Notes: generated by a model not told the origin, from the sequence alone. DNA of 64,000 bases from Chlorobiaceae bacterium (GCA_016931495.1 JAFGER010000017.1:835-64834), one strand, 5' to 3'. Shown: positions 8,834 through 19,482, counted from the first letter of the stretch. Program-made: numbers and translations.

Positions 8834-9532
8834 TCAACGCCACCGCAACCACTCCAAGCGCTGCTCTTCCGGCAGCCGCTCAATGGCGTAGCGCAGCATC
8901 GTGCGCGGCATGGCGGTGGCGTGGCGGTCGAGGAAAGCTTCGAGCTGGGGCTGGTCACGCTTGCCGACTTCGCGGAGCATCCAGCCGGTTGCTTTGTGGA
9001 GCAGCTCTTCAGGGTCGGCGAGCAGGCGTTCGGCGAGGGCGAGGGTGTCGCGAAAGTCACCGTTGCGGATGAAGTGGAAGGTCGAGACGATGGCGATGCG
9101 GCGCTCCCAGAGGCTGGGCGATTCCACGAAGCGGTAGAGCGGCGTACGGTCACGCGAATCGAGATGGCGTCCGACGATGTGCGGGCAGGTGACATCGACA
9201 AGGTCCCAGTTGTTGATGCGGTCGGTGCGCTGGCAGTAGAAGTCGTACAGCGCTTCCCTGCCATGCTCATCCGACGCGCGGTAGCGCTCGATGAGCAAGA
9301 GCAGCGCCAGCATCCGGTCTTCGTGCCACGGCGAATCGAGCAGCTCCGAGATCACCTCGATTCCCGCGTGCCGGAACTCCCGGCAGAGCTTGCGCAGCAC
9401 CGGCACGCGAATGCCACGAAACCGGTCGCCCTCACCATACTCACCGGGGCCGGTCTTGAAAAAGCGCCGGAGAATCGCCGCTGTTGGAGCGTCGGCAAGG
9501 GATTCGAGGCGAGTGCGGATGTGAGCGATCAT
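8834..9532 (-). CDS. DNA alkylation repair protein (AlkD-like HEAT-repeat)
   Basis: FFKTGPGEYGEGDRFRGIRVP, INNWDLVD, LWERRIAIV, HKATGWMLREVGKRD, MPRTMLRYAIE. Confidence 0.9.
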   Translation of the reverse strand: MIAHIRTRLESLADAPTAAILRRFFKTGPGEYGEGDRFRGIRVPVLRKLCREFRHAGIEVISELLDSPWHEDRMLALLLLIERYRASDEHGREALYDFYCQRTDRINNWDLVDVTCPHIVGRHLDSRDRTPLYRFVESPSLWERRIAIVSTFHFIRNGDFRDTLALAERLLADPEELLHKATGWMLREVGKRDQPQLEAFLDRHATAMPRTMLRYAIERLPEEQRLEWLRWR

Positions 9533-9640
9533 GGTGAGTGGGGCGTTATTTGCAAAGAGTGTGTCTCGTGGAACAGATGGACCTTATAGGACAAATGGGA
9601 GTGAGAAAAGACGATGATGCAGTGTGGCGTGCTGCTTTTT

Positions 9641-9772
9641 GTAGGGGCAGGCCCCCGTGCCTGCCCGTTTGCTGCGAAATTCTGCGGCACTCCCGAAAGG
9701 GCAACCGCGAGGGTTGCCCCTACAAAATCCCGGCAACCTCGCGCAAGGGCGAACACGCAGGTTCGCCCCTAC
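9641..9772. repeat. Cluster of three GTAG-type REP palindromes
   Basis: GTAGGGGCAGGCCCCCGTGCCTGCCC (9641-9666, +), GTAGGGGCAACCCTCGCGGTTGCCC (9699-9723, -), GTAGGGGCGAACCTGCGTGTTCGCCC (9747-9772, -). Confidence 0.85.
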
Positions 9773-9790
9773 GACACCGTTTCATCCCCC

Positions 9791-9826
9791 GTCCACCAAG
9801 TCCACCAAGTCCACGCCGTCCACAAC
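9791..9826 (+). repeat. GTCCACnnn 9-bp array
   Basis: GTCCAC at 9791, 9800, 9809, 9818. Confidence 0.9.
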
Positions 9827-9837
9827 CACCCTCTCTC

Positions 9838-11739
9838 TCACGCCAGCTCAGCCAGCTCGCCCCAGCGATCCATGTCGCTTTCGAGCTTTTCCTGAATCTT
9901 GTGCAGTTCGTCGCCCAGCCTTTGCACGGCTTCAAAATCGGTGCCAGCGTTGGCAAGTTCGGCGTTGATCGCTTCCTGACGCGTTTCGGCTTCGGCGATG
10001 GCCTGTTCGAGCTGCTCCAGTTCTCGCTTCTCCCTGCTGTTGAGTTTGCGCTGTTTTGGCGATGATGTCGGCTTCGGCGCCTCGGACACGGGTTTTGCGG
10101 TGGACGTGGGCTTCTGTTTTGCAGCCTGCTCTTCGGCGGTGGCAGCAGCTTTCATCTCCAGATAGACGCTGTAGTTGCCGGGATAGCGGCGCACGATGCC
10201 GTCGCCCTCGAAGGCGAAGATGTGCTCGACGGTGCGGTCGAGGAAGTAGCGGTCGTGGCTCACGACGACGAGGCAGCCGGGAAAGGTGTCGAGGTAATCT
10301 TCGAGCACGCGCAGGGTCGGAATGTCGAGATCGTTGGTCGGCTCGTCGAGCAGCAGCACGTTGGGGGCTCCGATGAGCTGGCGCAAGAGGTAGAGCCGCC
10401 GCCGCTCGCCGCCGGAGAGGTTGCCGATGGGGTTGTACTGCGCCGCGCCTGAAAAGAGGAACCGTTCGAGCATCTTTGCCGCCGAGACCAGCGTACCGTC
10501 CTTCGTTTTGATCTGCTCGGCCTCCTCCTTGATGTATTCGATCACGCGCTTTTCGTCGTCGAGGTGGCGGCTCTCCTGGTCGTAATAGCCGATCTTGACC
10601 GTCGGGCCGATCTCGATGCGGCCGCTGTCGGGCTTGGTGCGCCCGGCGATCATTTCGAGCAGCGTGGTCTTGCCGGAGCCGTTCGGGCCGATGATGCCGA
10701 TGCGGTCGCCCTTTTCGAGCAGGTAGTCGAACGAGCGGAGCAGCTTTTTCTCGCCCCACGATTTCGAGACGTCGTGGAACTCGACGATCTTGTTGCCGAG
10801 CCGCTCCGCGCCGAAGCCGATCTCCATCTCCTGCTTCTGCTCCTTTTTCGGGGCGTACACCAGCGCCTCGGCCCGCTGCAACCGCGCCTTCTGCTTAGTG
10901 GTGCGCGCCTTCGCTCCGGTTCGCATCCACTCCAGCTCCTGCTTGGCCAGAGCGTTGCGCTTGCGCTCGTCGCGAATCTCCTGCGCCTCTTCCTCCTCCT
11001 TCTGGACAAGGTAGCTCGCGTAGCCGCCGGTGTAGGTTTTGGCCGTTTTGCCGTCCAGCTCGATCATGCGGGTGGCGACGCGGTCGAGAAAGTAGCGGTC
11101 GTGCGTAATCAGGATCACTGCGCCAGCGTAACGCTTGATGTAATTTTCGAGCCACTCGACGCTGTCGGCATCGAGGTGGTTGGTCGGCTCGTCGAGAATG
11201 AGCGCGTCGCTCGGCACCACGAGGGCGTGCGCCAGTGCGACGCGCTTGCGCTGGCCGCCGGAGAGCGTGCCCATCTTCGCTGTCAGGTCGTTCAGGCCGA
11301 GCTTGCCGAGCACCGACTTGGCGTTCGATTCGAGATCCCACGCGCCGCTTACGTCGAGTTCGTGCGACAGGTTCGTCACCTTCTCGATCAGCGCAGCGTC
11401 GCCGTCCGACTCCTCCAGCGCCTTGAGCGCCAGCTCGTACTCGCAGATCAGCGCCATCACCTTGTCGCCCGACTTCAGCACCGCTTCGAGCACGGTATCA
11501 TCCGCGTCGTATGGCGAGACCTGCGGCAGATAGGAGATTTTCTTTTCCTTCGACACCATCACCCTTCCAGTATCGGGCGTCTCGCTCCCGGCGAGGATTT
11601 TCATCAGCGTGCTCTTGCCGCTGCCGTTCGCGCCGATGATGCCCACCTTGTCGCGGTCATCGATGCCGAACGACACCTCCGTGAACAGCGTTTTCAACCC
11701 GTATGTCTTGCCAATTCCCTCGACCGTCAGAAGAACCAT
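9838..11739 (-). CDS. uup: ABC-F family ATP-binding protein (Uup-like)
   Basis: Two ABC cassettes (GANGSGKS, LSGGQRKR; GPNGSGKT, LSGGERRR), no TM segments, C-terminal coiled coil (KLNSREKRELEQL). Confidence 0.88.
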   Translation of the reverse strand: MVLLTVEGIGKTYGLKTLFTEVSFGIDDRDKVGIIGANGSGKSTLMKILAGSETPDTGRVMVSKEKKISYLPQVSPYDADDTVLEAVLKSGDKVMALICEYELALKALEESDGDAALIEKVTNLSHELDVSGAWDLESNAKSVLGKLGLNDLTAKMGTLSGGQRKRVALAHALVVPSDALILDEPTNHLDADSVEWLENYIKRYAGAVILITHDRYFLDRVATRMIELDGKTAKTYTGGYASYLVQKEEEEAQEIRDERKRNALAKQELEWMRTGAKARTTKQKARLQRAEALVYAPKKEQKQEMEIGFGAERLGNKIVEFHDVSKSWGEKKLLRSFDYLLEKGDRIGIIGPNGSGKTTLLEMIAGRTKPDSGRIEIGPTVKIGYYDQESRHLDDEKRVIEYIKEEAEQIKTKDGTLVSAAKMLERFLFSGAAQYNPIGNLSGGERRRLYLLRQLIGAPNVLLLDEPTNDLDIPTLRVLEDYLDTFPGCLVVVSHDRYFLDRTVEHIFAFEGDGIVRRYPGNYSVYLEMKAAATAEEQAAKQKPTSTAKPVSEAPKPTSSPKQRKLNSREKRELEQLEQAIAEAETRQEAINAELANAGTDFEAVQRLGDELHKIQEKLESDMDRWGELAELA

Positions 11740-11981
11740 GCCCAATCCCGTTTAGCGCTGAAAAAGGTGCAATATAACCTAAAAGCCCGCCGATTCCCCG
11801 CTCCTGCGCAATCGGGCATCGAACACCGTTTTGCCCCGGAAGCAGCAAAGGGTTCACCGGCCGGATGTGTGGCAGATTGATCTGGTGCTGAATGGCTGAA
11901 ATGCGAAAGCCGCCCCATCCCAAGCGGTTTCAGGACGGGGCGGCGATGGGAATGGGCGGACGAAAAAGCGGTGATCTCCGC

Positions 11982-12380
11982 TCAGTTCCACTTCCCCGGT
12001 TTCGCGACGCCGTAGCGGCCCGCTCCGAAAAAAGCGACGGCCAGAGCGCCGAAAAAGTAGAAGGCCTGGAGTTCAAGCGCGTAGCCGCCGTGCGGACCGA
12101 GCGCGGTGAGCTGGCCCATGTGCACCAGCCAGACCGCCATACCCATGACGAAGGCCAGCAGGAGCGCGGCAGGCCGGGTGTAGAGGCCGAAGATGATGAG
12201 CAGCGGAGCCACCACCTCGCCGAGCGGCACACCCGCGATCAGGAACTGGGGAAGCCCGACGGCTTTGAGTTTCGAGGCGATGAAGCCATGCCCGTAAATC
12301 AGCTTGTGCACGCCGTGAAAGAGCATCAGTCCCCCGACGCACAGGCGCAGAATCAGTTTGCCAAGATCGTCGTTTTTCAT
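11982..12380 (-). CDS. DoxX family membrane protein
   Basis: [48 protein letters not shown]; ATG at 12380. Confidence 0.88.
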   Translation of the reverse strand: MKNDDLGKLILRLCVGGLMLFHGVHKLIYGHGFIASKLKAVGLPQFLIAGVPLGEVVAPLLIIFGLYTRPAALLLAFVMGMAVWLVHMGQLTALGPHGGYALELQAFYFFGALAVAFFGAGRYGVAKPGKWN

Positions 12381-12448
12381 GTATCCTCCGGAAAAAGCAG
12401 TTGCCCGCCCTTGCCTGTTCTTGCTTTTCTTTCTGAACAATCCGGCCA

Positions 12449-13570
12449 TCATGCTACCGGATAGGCTTCGACAAGCACGTCGTCGCCGATTCTTTCGATC
12501 CGCGTGAAACCGAGCTGCGGGGCGTACTCGGGACGGCTGACGTCGAGCGGGCCGAATGAACCGAGGCCGTCGCCGCCGAACAGTTTCGGCGCGATGAAGA
12601 CGTAGTATTTATCGACAAGGCCGCTCCTGACCATCGCCGCCGACAACCGGCTTCCCCCTTCAACCATCACCGAGAGCACCCTGCGCCGGTGCAGCTCCGC
12701 GAAAACTTCGGCAAGATCGAGGCTGCCCTCGGACTGGCCGACGAGCGCCACCTCCACGCCCCGCGCTTCGAGTTGGCTCGTCAGCGCCGGATCGACGCCA
12801 TCGCGCAGCGCGAAAACAAGCGTTCTGGACGCATCATTGAAAATCCGGGACTCGTGTGGCGTCTGAAGCCGGGGATCGAGCAGCACGCGCAACGGCTGGC
12901 GGCCTTCGCAGAAGCGGACGGTCAGCTCGGTGTTGTCTGCCATGACGGTCGATGCGCCGCACAAGACGGCGTCATGGACGCTCCGCAGCCGGTGCACCTC
13001 GCGCCGCGACGCTTCGCCGGTGATCCACTTCGACGCGCCGAGCGCGGTGGCGATGCGCCCGTCGAGCGTCTGCGCGGTCTTGAGCGCCACGAAGGGACGG
13101 CCCTTGCGATGCGAGGTGATGAACGCCTCGTTGAGCCGCTCCGACTCCGCTTCGAGCACGCCAAGCGTCACCTCGATTCCGGCTTCACGGAGCCGCGCAA
13201 TCCCCTTGCCCGCCACCTTTTCGTGCGGGTCGAGGCAGCCGACCACCACGCGCGGAATGCGCTTTTCGACGATCAGGTCGGCGCACGGCGGCGTCTTGCC
13301 GAAGTGCGAACACGGCTCCAGATTGACGTATAGCGTGGATTGGCGGAGCAGCGCTTCATTTTCGACCGACGCGATGGCGTTGACCTCGGCGTGCGGGCCG
13401 CCGTACTGCCGGTGCCACCCCTCGCCGATGACGCGCCCGTCGCGCACGATCACCGAGCCAACCATCGGGTTCGGGCTCACGCTGCCCGCGCCGCGCCCGG
13501 CCAGTTCGAGGCATCGCCTCATGTACGCCTCGTCCTCCGGATGCGCCGGAGCTGCTGGATTCGTCGCCAT
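12449..13570 (-). CDS. ribD: Bifunctional riboflavin deaminase/reductase
   Basis: [37 protein letters not shown]. Confidence 0.96.
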   Translation of the reverse strand: MATNPAAPAHPEDEAYMRRCLELAGRGAGSVSPNPMVGSVIVRDGRVIGEGWHRQYGGPHAEVNAIASVENEALLRQSTLYVNLEPCSHFGKTPPCADLIVEKRIPRVVVGCLDPHEKVAGKGIARLREAGIEVTLGVLEAESERLNEAFITSHRKGRPFVALKTAQTLDGRIATALGASKWITGEASRREVHRLRSVHDAVLCGASTVMADNTELTVRFCEGRQPLRVLLDPRLQTPHESRIFNDASRTLVFALRDGVDPALTSQLEARGVEVALVGQSEGSLDLAEVFAELHRRRVLSVMVEGGSRLSAAMVRSGLVDKYYVFIAPKLFGGDGLGSFGPLDVSRPEYAPQLGFTRIERIGDDVLVEAYPVA

Positions 13571-13584
13571 TCGCGCCTCTCAGC

Positions 13585-14115
13585 TCAGCAGTTCTCGGGG
13601 CTCACCTGCACCAGCCGGATGCCCGACAGCCGCAACAGCTCGGCGATGTGCTCGATCTTGTAGGCTTTGTCGTAATAGATCGTCTTGATGCCCACGTTGA
13701 TGAGCACCTTCAGGCAATGAATGCAGGGGCTGGCGGTGATGTAAATGTCGGCGTCTTTTATGGATACGCCGTGCTTTGCGGCCTGCGCGATGGCGTTGAT
13801 CTCGGCGTGGATGGTGTTGACGCAGTTCTCCTCGATGGTGCCGTCGGGATGAATGCTCTTGTAAATCTTGCAGTTGGTCTCGTTGCAGTGCGGCAGGCCG
13901 GAGGGCGCGCCGTTGTAGCCGGTCGAGAGGATGTTGTTGTCGCGCACGATCACCGCGCCAATGTGCCCCCGCGTGCAGGTCGCCCGGCGTGAAATGAGGT
14001 GTGCGACGCACATGAAATATTCGTGCCATCCGAGCCGTTGCTCCTGCCCGCCCGCGCCGCCTTCTCCCGCCGAGCCGCAGCAGCAGCCACTGTTGCTTTC
14101 TTCATGCATAGCCAT
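13585..14115 (-). CDS. dCMP deaminase family (ComEB-like)
   Basis: [37 protein letters not shown]. Confidence 0.88.
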   Translation of the reverse strand: MAMHEESNSGCCCGSAGEGGAGGQEQRLGWHEYFMCVAHLISRRATCTRGHIGAVIVRDNNILSTGYNGAPSGLPHCNETNCKIYKSIHPDGTIEENCVNTIHAEINAIAQAAKHGVSIKDADIYITASPCIHCLKVLINVGIKTIYYDKAYKIEHIAELLRLSGIRLVQVSPENC

Positions 14116-14259
14116 CCGCTTTTATTGAGTACATTGAAATCAGGGGTGATAACCTTTTCTCGCAATAAGATAGAGCAAAGATAACGCCTTCGCAATATTT
14201 TCAACTCCAGAACCGCTAACCATCCGGAGCTGCTCACCGCCGGGTGGCGCTGTCCAGAA

Positions 14260-15879
14260 ATGATCAAAAGCTACTTCACGCTCTACCATGCCGCGCAGGA
14301 ACTGCACGAACGGCTTGCGGGCGGTTACCTCTTTGAAATCCATTCGCAGCAGAAAAACGAAATCACGCTCGCCTTCGTCACGCCGGAAGGCTCGCATTTG
14401 CAGCTCATCGTCACCGTGCGCTCGCCACACTTTTCACTGCACACCAGCGAGGGGCTGAACCGCAAGCGCCGCAATACGGCGGCCATCATGAGCGAGGTCT
14501 ATGAACGGCAGGTCGCGGGCGTGGCCGTCGCGCCCGCCGACCGACAGCTCAGCTTCCATTTCGATGACGGCCACGCCATCGTGCTCCGGATGTTCAGCGC
14601 CGAAACCAACGTGCTGCTGGTGCGCGACGGCCTGATCGCCGAGACCTTCAAGGAGGGGCGAAAGCTCGAAAACACGCCTTTCGAGGAAACAAGAGCTGAC
14701 GTACCGTACTTCAGCGCGCTGGAAACTCTTGCTAACGATCCGGAGCTGTTCGGGCGGAAGCTGGAAGAAGCCGGGGCGGATGAACCGCTCGACCGGCGGC
14801 TGCTCTCGACGCTGCCTGGCTTCGACCGCAAGCTCGTCCGGCGGCTGCTCGACATGGCGGAAGGCGAAATGCCGGAACAGCTCCACCGGGCACTCGTCAC
14901 GCTCTTCTACGACCTTGCCTCCCCCGCCCCGTGCGTCATCGAACGCCCCGGCGAGCCGCCGCGCTTTTCGCTGTTCGAGCCGCTGGATGACGCGCCGTTC
15001 ACGCCGTTCGACAGCGTGCTCGACGCGCTGAACCACTACAGCCGCAAGATGTACCGCCACCTGCACCAGCAGGAGCAGGTGACCGCCTTGCGTCGCGAGC
15101 TGACCGGAAAGATCGGCAAGCTCGAAAAGGAGCTGGAGCTGGCCAGCGGCCCGGATCCGGAGGAGATGGCGCAGCGTTACGAAACCTTCGGCCACCTGCT
15201 GACCGGCGCCATCGGAGCCGCCGGGCCGTCGGGTGATTCGATCACGGTGCAGAACTTTTTCGATTCCGGCTCGCCCGATGTGACGATTCCGCTCAGGCCC
15301 CGCCTCAACCTTCAGGAAAACGCCGCCTGGTACTTCACGCAGGCAACGAAAAACCGCAAACGCGCGGAAGCCCAAAAGCTCCGCCACGCCGAACTTGGCC
15401 GCGAGCTTGACGAGCTCCGGCAAAAGCTCCTGGCTCTCGAAGCCGCCGACTCGCCGGAAAACCTGCGGACGCTGCTCGAAACCTCCGGCGGCAAAAACGC
15501 CAGAGGCACGGCGACGAGCAAGGAGAAGCATCCGCCGTTCCGCACCATCCCGCTCGGCCCCGGCATCACGCTCTACATCGGCAAAAACGCCGCGAACAAC
15601 GAAAAACTGACCTTCGGCTTCGCCAGGCCCGACGACATCTGGCTCCACGCGCGCGGAGCCTCCGGCTCGCATTGCGTGCTCAAAGGCGCGGGAATGCACA
15701 GGCTTTCGGAAATTCAGCGCGCCGCCGAAATCGCCGCCTGGCACTCCTCGGCCAAACATTCCGAGCTGGTGCCGGTGATGTACACCGAAAAAAAGTACGT
15801 GAAAAAAGACCGCAAAAGCCCCGGCAGCGTTATCCTTGAACGGGAGAAAGTCGTGATGGTCAAACCAATAAAGGAATGA
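14260..15879 (+). CDS. NFACT/Rqc2 (fibronectin-binding protein A-like) ribosome quality-control factor
   Basis: ENAAWYF coiled-coil region, IGKNAANNEKLTF, DIWLHARGASGSH, VPVMYTEKKYVKK (NFACT-R). Confidence 0.88.
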   Translation: MIKSYFTLYHAAQELHERLAGGYLFEIHSQQKNEITLAFVTPEGSHLQLIVTVRSPHFSLHTSEGLNRKRRNTAAIMSEVYERQVAGVAVAPADRQLSFHFDDGHAIVLRMFSAETNVLLVRDGLIAETFKEGRKLENTPFEETRADVPYFSALETLANDPELFGRKLEEAGADEPLDRRLLSTLPGFDRKLVRRLLDMAEGEMPEQLHRALVTLFYDLASPAPCVIERPGEPPRFSLFEPLDDAPFTPFDSVLDALNHYSRKMYRHLHQQEQVTALRRELTGKIGKLEKELELASGPDPEEMAQRYETFGHLLTGAIGAAGPSGDSITVQNFFDSGSPDVTIPLRPRLNLQENAAWYFTQATKNRKRAEAQKLRHAELGRELDELRQKLLALEAADSPENLRTLLETSGGKNARGTATSKEKHPPFRTIPLGPGITLYIGKNAANNEKLTFGFARPDDIWLHARGASGSHCVLKGAGMHRLSEIQRAAEIAAWHSSAKHSELVPVMYTEKKYVKKDRKSPGSVILEREKVVMVKPIKE

Positions 15880-15908
15880 CCAGTGCGAACCATCCTTCCA
15901 TCCTCTAA

Positions 15909-15944
15909 TTCCTATAGGTCGAAGAGTACTTATAAGACCTATTC
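15909..15944. repeat. 9-bp-period CCTATA-type micro-array
   Basis: TTCCTATAG|GTCGAAGAG|TACTTATAA|GACCTATTC; related to the arrays at 43282 and 45093. Confidence 0.6.
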
Positions 15945-15983
15945 TTCAAAAGCTTTAACTCACCACAACCAAAACCCCCAACC

Positions 15984-16352
15984 ATGGAAACACACAAGCT
16001 CGTCATGCCGGAACATCTGAACCACTACGGATTTCTGTTCGGCGGCAATCTGCTCAAATGGATCGACGAGGTCAGCTATATCGCCGTCACGATCGACTAC
16101 CCCGGCTGCAACTTTGTCACGGTCGGCATGGACAACATCAAGTTCAAAAAAAGCATCCGGCAGGGCACAATCCTCTGCTTCGAGTCGAAGAAAAACCACG
16201 TCGGCACCACCTCGGTCGAATATGTCGTGGATGTCACCCGCGAGGAGATCGCCACGGGCCAGAAGGAGCTGGTCTTCACGACCCGCATCACCTTCGTCAG
16301 CGTGGATGAAAACGGAAACAAACGCCCGATTTCGATGGCCCGGCAGCGATGA
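15984..16352 (+). CDS. Acyl-CoA thioesterase (hotdog fold)
   Basis: [21 protein letters not shown]. Confidence 0.9.
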   Translation: METHKLVMPEHLNHYGFLFGGNLLKWIDEVSYIAVTIDYPGCNFVTVGMDNIKFKKSIRQGTILCFESKKNHVGTTSVEYVVDVTREEIATGQKELVFTTRITFVSVDENGNKRPISMARQR

Positions 16353-16362
16353 AGCCGAGCGC

Positions 16363-17694
16363 TCAGCGCGCCGATGCGTTGACCGAATGGCTCAGGCGAT
16401 ACAGCATGAACAGCCCGGCGCAGCTCAAAATGACGTTCGGCAGCCAGACGCACACGGCGGGAATCAGCAGCCCCTGCTCTGCGATCTTTTCGCCGCCGAT
16501 CATCAGCACCCAGTAGAGCACGAAAAAGGCGAGCGAAAGCGCCGCGCCAGCGCCAAATCCGCCGCGCCGCGCCATGATGCCGAGCGGCGCGCCGACCACA
16601 GCGAACACCAGGCAGGCGAAAGCCAGCGAGTACTTTTTGTTGTACTCGATCATGTACTGGCGATAATCTTCCCGGTTCTGCCGGATCCGGTCGAGCTGCA
16701 CGTCGAGGTCGCCAAGCATTCCATCCACAGCCTCGATGGCCCGTCCCGGCACGGCAGGCGGCAGGCTTGCGGCAGCTGAAGCGGCACCACCGGTGCGATG
16801 GCTCCGGATGCGGTCGATCCCGGCCTTCAGCTCATCGACACCCCTGATGGCAGCGCGCTGCGCCTCATCCCCCTTTTCCTGAAACTCACGCGCCATGGCC
16901 AACAGATCGGCTGCCGAAAGCTCCTTGCCGCCCCGGCGGCGGGCGCCCTCATCCGAACGCTCGAAACCGTAGCCGGTTGCGTCGAACACATAGCGGTTTT
17001 TCGCAAACACCATCTTCCGGTACCGGTCCATCTCGGGCAATCGCAGCTCATGAATCTGCCCATCTTCAAGCGTCAGAACGAGATAGGCGTTATCGGGCGT
17101 GAACTCGATTTTGCCCTTTGCAGCCAGAATGACCGTTCGCATATCGGGCCGCGCGCGGTCGTAAAGCACAATGTCGTAAAGCTCGCCGGTTTCGTTATCG
17201 ACATCGCGGGCCATGATGGAGTAGCCTTTGATGATGTCCGAAAAGGCGTTCTTGTCGAGCCCGAGGGTTGGCTTCATGCGGGTGATGTCGGCAAAAAGCG
17301 CGTTGGCCCGGTAGTTGGCTCCGGGCATCAGCACGTTGTTGTAGCGCTCCATCAGCAGCGAAAGGGCGAGCGCGACAAGAAGCACCGGCGAGACGAGCCG
17401 GTAGATCGAAATGCCACCGGCACGCATCACGGTCAGCTCGGAGCTGTTGGCCAGCGAGCCGAAAGCCATCACTGTGGTCACCAGCACGGCCATCGGAACG
17501 GCAAGCCCGACCATCCAGGCCGACTGCAAAACCACCACCTCGGCAATGATGCCGAAATCGAGCCCCTTGCCCACCAGCCGTTCCAGAAACTTGGTCACGA
17601 ACGACAGGACGAACACGGCCATGATCGTCACAAACGAAAAAAAGAAGGTGCCGAAATGGGTTCTGAGGATGTAGCGGTCAAATAGCTTCATCAA
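16363..17694 (-). CDS. lptF: LptF/LptG family LPS export permease
   Basis: LFDRYIL, ELTVMRAGGISIYRL, KKYSLAFACLVFAVVGAPLG, WLPN. Confidence 0.85.
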   Translation of the reverse strand: MMKLFDRYILRTHFGTFFFSFVTIMAVFVLSFVTKFLERLVGKGLDFGIIAEVVVLQSAWMVGLAVPMAVLVTTVMAFGSLANSSELTVMRAGGISIYRLVSPVLLVALALSLLMERYNNVLMPGANYRANALFADITRMKPTLGLDKNAFSDIIKGYSIMARDVDNETGELYDIVLYDRARPDMRTVILAAKGKIEFTPDNAYLVLTLEDGQIHELRLPEMDRYRKMVFAKNRYVFDATGYGFERSDEGARRRGGKELSAADLLAMAREFQEKGDEAQRAAIRGVDELKAGIDRIRSHRTGGAASAAASLPPAVPGRAIEAVDGMLGDLDVQLDRIRQNREDYRQYMIEYNKKYSLAFACLVFAVVGAPLGIMARRGGFGAGAALSLAFFVLYWVLMIGGEKIAEQGLLIPAVCVWLPNVILSCAGLFMLYRLSHSVNASAR

Positions 17695-17899
17695 TCGTCA
17701 TTTACTCCGCGGATCGTGCCGCGTGCAGCTAATATACGGCGGAACCCGCTCTCTGCAATACCGGCTGCGGATACCGGCATGGCGGCCCACCGGCGCATCA
17801 GGCGAAACCTTGCGTTTTGGTCAACCTTCAGTACATTTGGAAGTGCGATTTTTTCTGCGGATTACCGGCATTCGCGAACCATAAAAACAGGGAGAAACC

Positions 17900-18556
17900 A
17901 TGGCATCGTTTGATTTCGGACAGAAAGTCGATCCGTCAATGTTTGAACACCTGACCGGAAACGGCTACCAGGTCAACGCTTCCAACTATGTGCAGCAAGG
18001 GTGGGAGATGTTCAGGGAGCATGTCGGCGAGTTCATCGGCTTCACCCTGATCATCCTTGCCGTCTCGATCGCCGGCGCGAAAATGGAAGCGTTCGGCTCT
18101 CTGCTCCTCTCGGCGCTCGCCGCACCGCTTTATGCGGGTTACAGCATCGCTGCGTTCAGAATCATGACCGGCCAGCAGCTCCAGTTCAGCGACTTTTTCA
18201 AAGGCTTCAATTACTTCCTGCCGCTCTTTCTGGCCGGGCTGGCAAGCGGCATCATCGTCTCCGTCGGGTTCTTCCTGCTCGTCATTCCCGGCATCTATCT
18301 GGCCGTCGGCTACATGCTGACCACTTTCTTCATCATCGACCACCGCATGGAGTTCTGGCAGGCGATGGAAACAAGCCGCAAGATTGTCACCAAACAATGG
18401 CTCGCGATTTTCATTTTCGCCCTGCTGCTGTTCGTCATCAACCTGCTCGGCATCCTCGCCCTCGGCGTCGGCATCCTGGTCACCGCCCCCGTAACCTCCT
18501 GCGCCGCCGCGATTGCGTACAAGGAGATCGTGGGACTGAATTCGACGGAGTGGTAA
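17900..18556 (+). CDS. Conserved multi-pass membrane protein
   Basis: AGGGAG RBS, several TM helices, LLVIPGIY and WQAMETSRKIV motifs typical of GDPD-membrane-domain-like families. Confidence 0.75.
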   Translation: MASFDFGQKVDPSMFEHLTGNGYQVNASNYVQQGWEMFREHVGEFIGFTLIILAVSIAGAKMEAFGSLLLSALAAPLYAGYSIAAFRIMTGQQLQFSDFFKGFNYFLPLFLAGLASGIIVSVGFFLLVIPGIYLAVGYMLTTFFIIDHRMEFWQAMETSRKIVTKQWLAIFIFALLLFVINLLGILALGVGILVTAPVTSCAAAIAYKEIVGLNSTEW

Positions 18557-18850
18557 GGGCAGTCCCAAGGCTCCCGTGGCCCGTCTGTGAGGTGCGGCCC
18601 AACCTGCAACCGAAAAGAGGAGTCTGCCATGTTTGATCCCGGCTCCGGCGAATCGATGCTGCTGGCGGCTGCGCCTGTCGTCCGTTTAACCTCCCTGGTT
18701 GCCGTTTTTCAATTGACTGCAACCAGAGAGGTCCATTGTTTCGGGCTCACATTCCTGAATTTGTAAGGGAGCGCAGGGTCAGCTTCGAGAAGATTCCAGG
18801 TGTGCTTTTATTAATCCGGCGGCCATAATTCACAACAGTCACAGGAAAAA

Positions 18851-18932
18851 GAAATTGGGCTAAAGCCTTGATTTATTTTGTGTTATCCAGAAACCCCGGA
18901 CTGAAGTCCGGGGCAATTATTTGAGAATTTCA
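18851..18932 (+). repeat. Solo copy of the 6241 REP unit
   Basis: GAAATTGGGCTAAAGCC...CCCCGGACTGAAGTCCGGGGCAATTAT with the same spacing as the 6241 copy (GGGCAATTAT begins at offset +60 in both). Confidence 0.85.
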
Positions 18933-18988
18933 ATCACCGGAGTAATAATCCCGTCAACCAGAAATGAAGGATACCCGGCAGAAAACAG

Positions 18989-19024
18989 AAAAGCCCTGTA
19001 AGTCTTTATCTTACAGGGCTTTTT
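18989..19024 (-). terminator. Intrinsic terminator of secG/tRNA-Lys
   Basis: AAAAGCCCTGTAAG-loop-CTTACAGGGCTTTT. Confidence 0.8.
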
Positions 19025-19026
19025 GA

Positions 19027-19102
19027 TGGTGCACTCGCAAGGACTCGAACCTTGGACCCACTGATTAAGAGTCAGTTGCTCTACCAACTGAGCTACGAGT
19101 GC
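19027..19102 (-). tRNA. tRNA-Lys(CTT)
   Basis: GCACTCGTAGCTCAGTTGGTAGAGCAACTGACTCTTAATCAG...GGTTCGAGTCC...ACCA. Confidence 0.96.
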
Positions 19103-19107
19103 AGAAC

Positions 19108-19482
19108 TTATTTTGCCGGTTCTGCCGGCTGCTGAGCAGGAGCCGGGATGTTGCCGGTTTCCGGAAGCGATTGCGGCAGGTTTCCCGCCGGAAGCGATGC
19201 CGGAACCTCCTTCTGCAGAATGCTGCCTCCATTCCCCCCGCTCAAACGGGCCGGAAGGGTGAACTGCGCGATAAACGAAAGAACCATCACGATGCCGGCC
19301 AGCACAGCTGTCACCTTGCTCAGGAAGTCTCCGGTACGCCTGACGCCCAGCGTCTGCACCGTACCGAGGCTTGCGATGCCTCCGGTCAGACCGCTGCCCG
19401 ACTTGGGGCTTTGCAGCAGAACCGACACGATCAGAAGGATCGCAGCGATCAGAGCAAGAATGACGATCAGTCCGTTAAGCAT
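19108..19482 (-). CDS. secG: Preprotein translocase subunit SecG
   Basis: [35 protein letters not shown]...[11 protein letters not shown]; start placed at ATG 19482. Confidence 0.92.
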   Translation of the reverse strand: MLNGLIVILALIAAILLIVSVLLQSPKSGSGLTGGIASLGTVQTLGVRRTGDFLSKVTAVLAGIVMVLSFIAQFTLPARLSGGNGGSILQKEVPASLPAGNLPQSLPETGNIPAPAQQPAEPAK

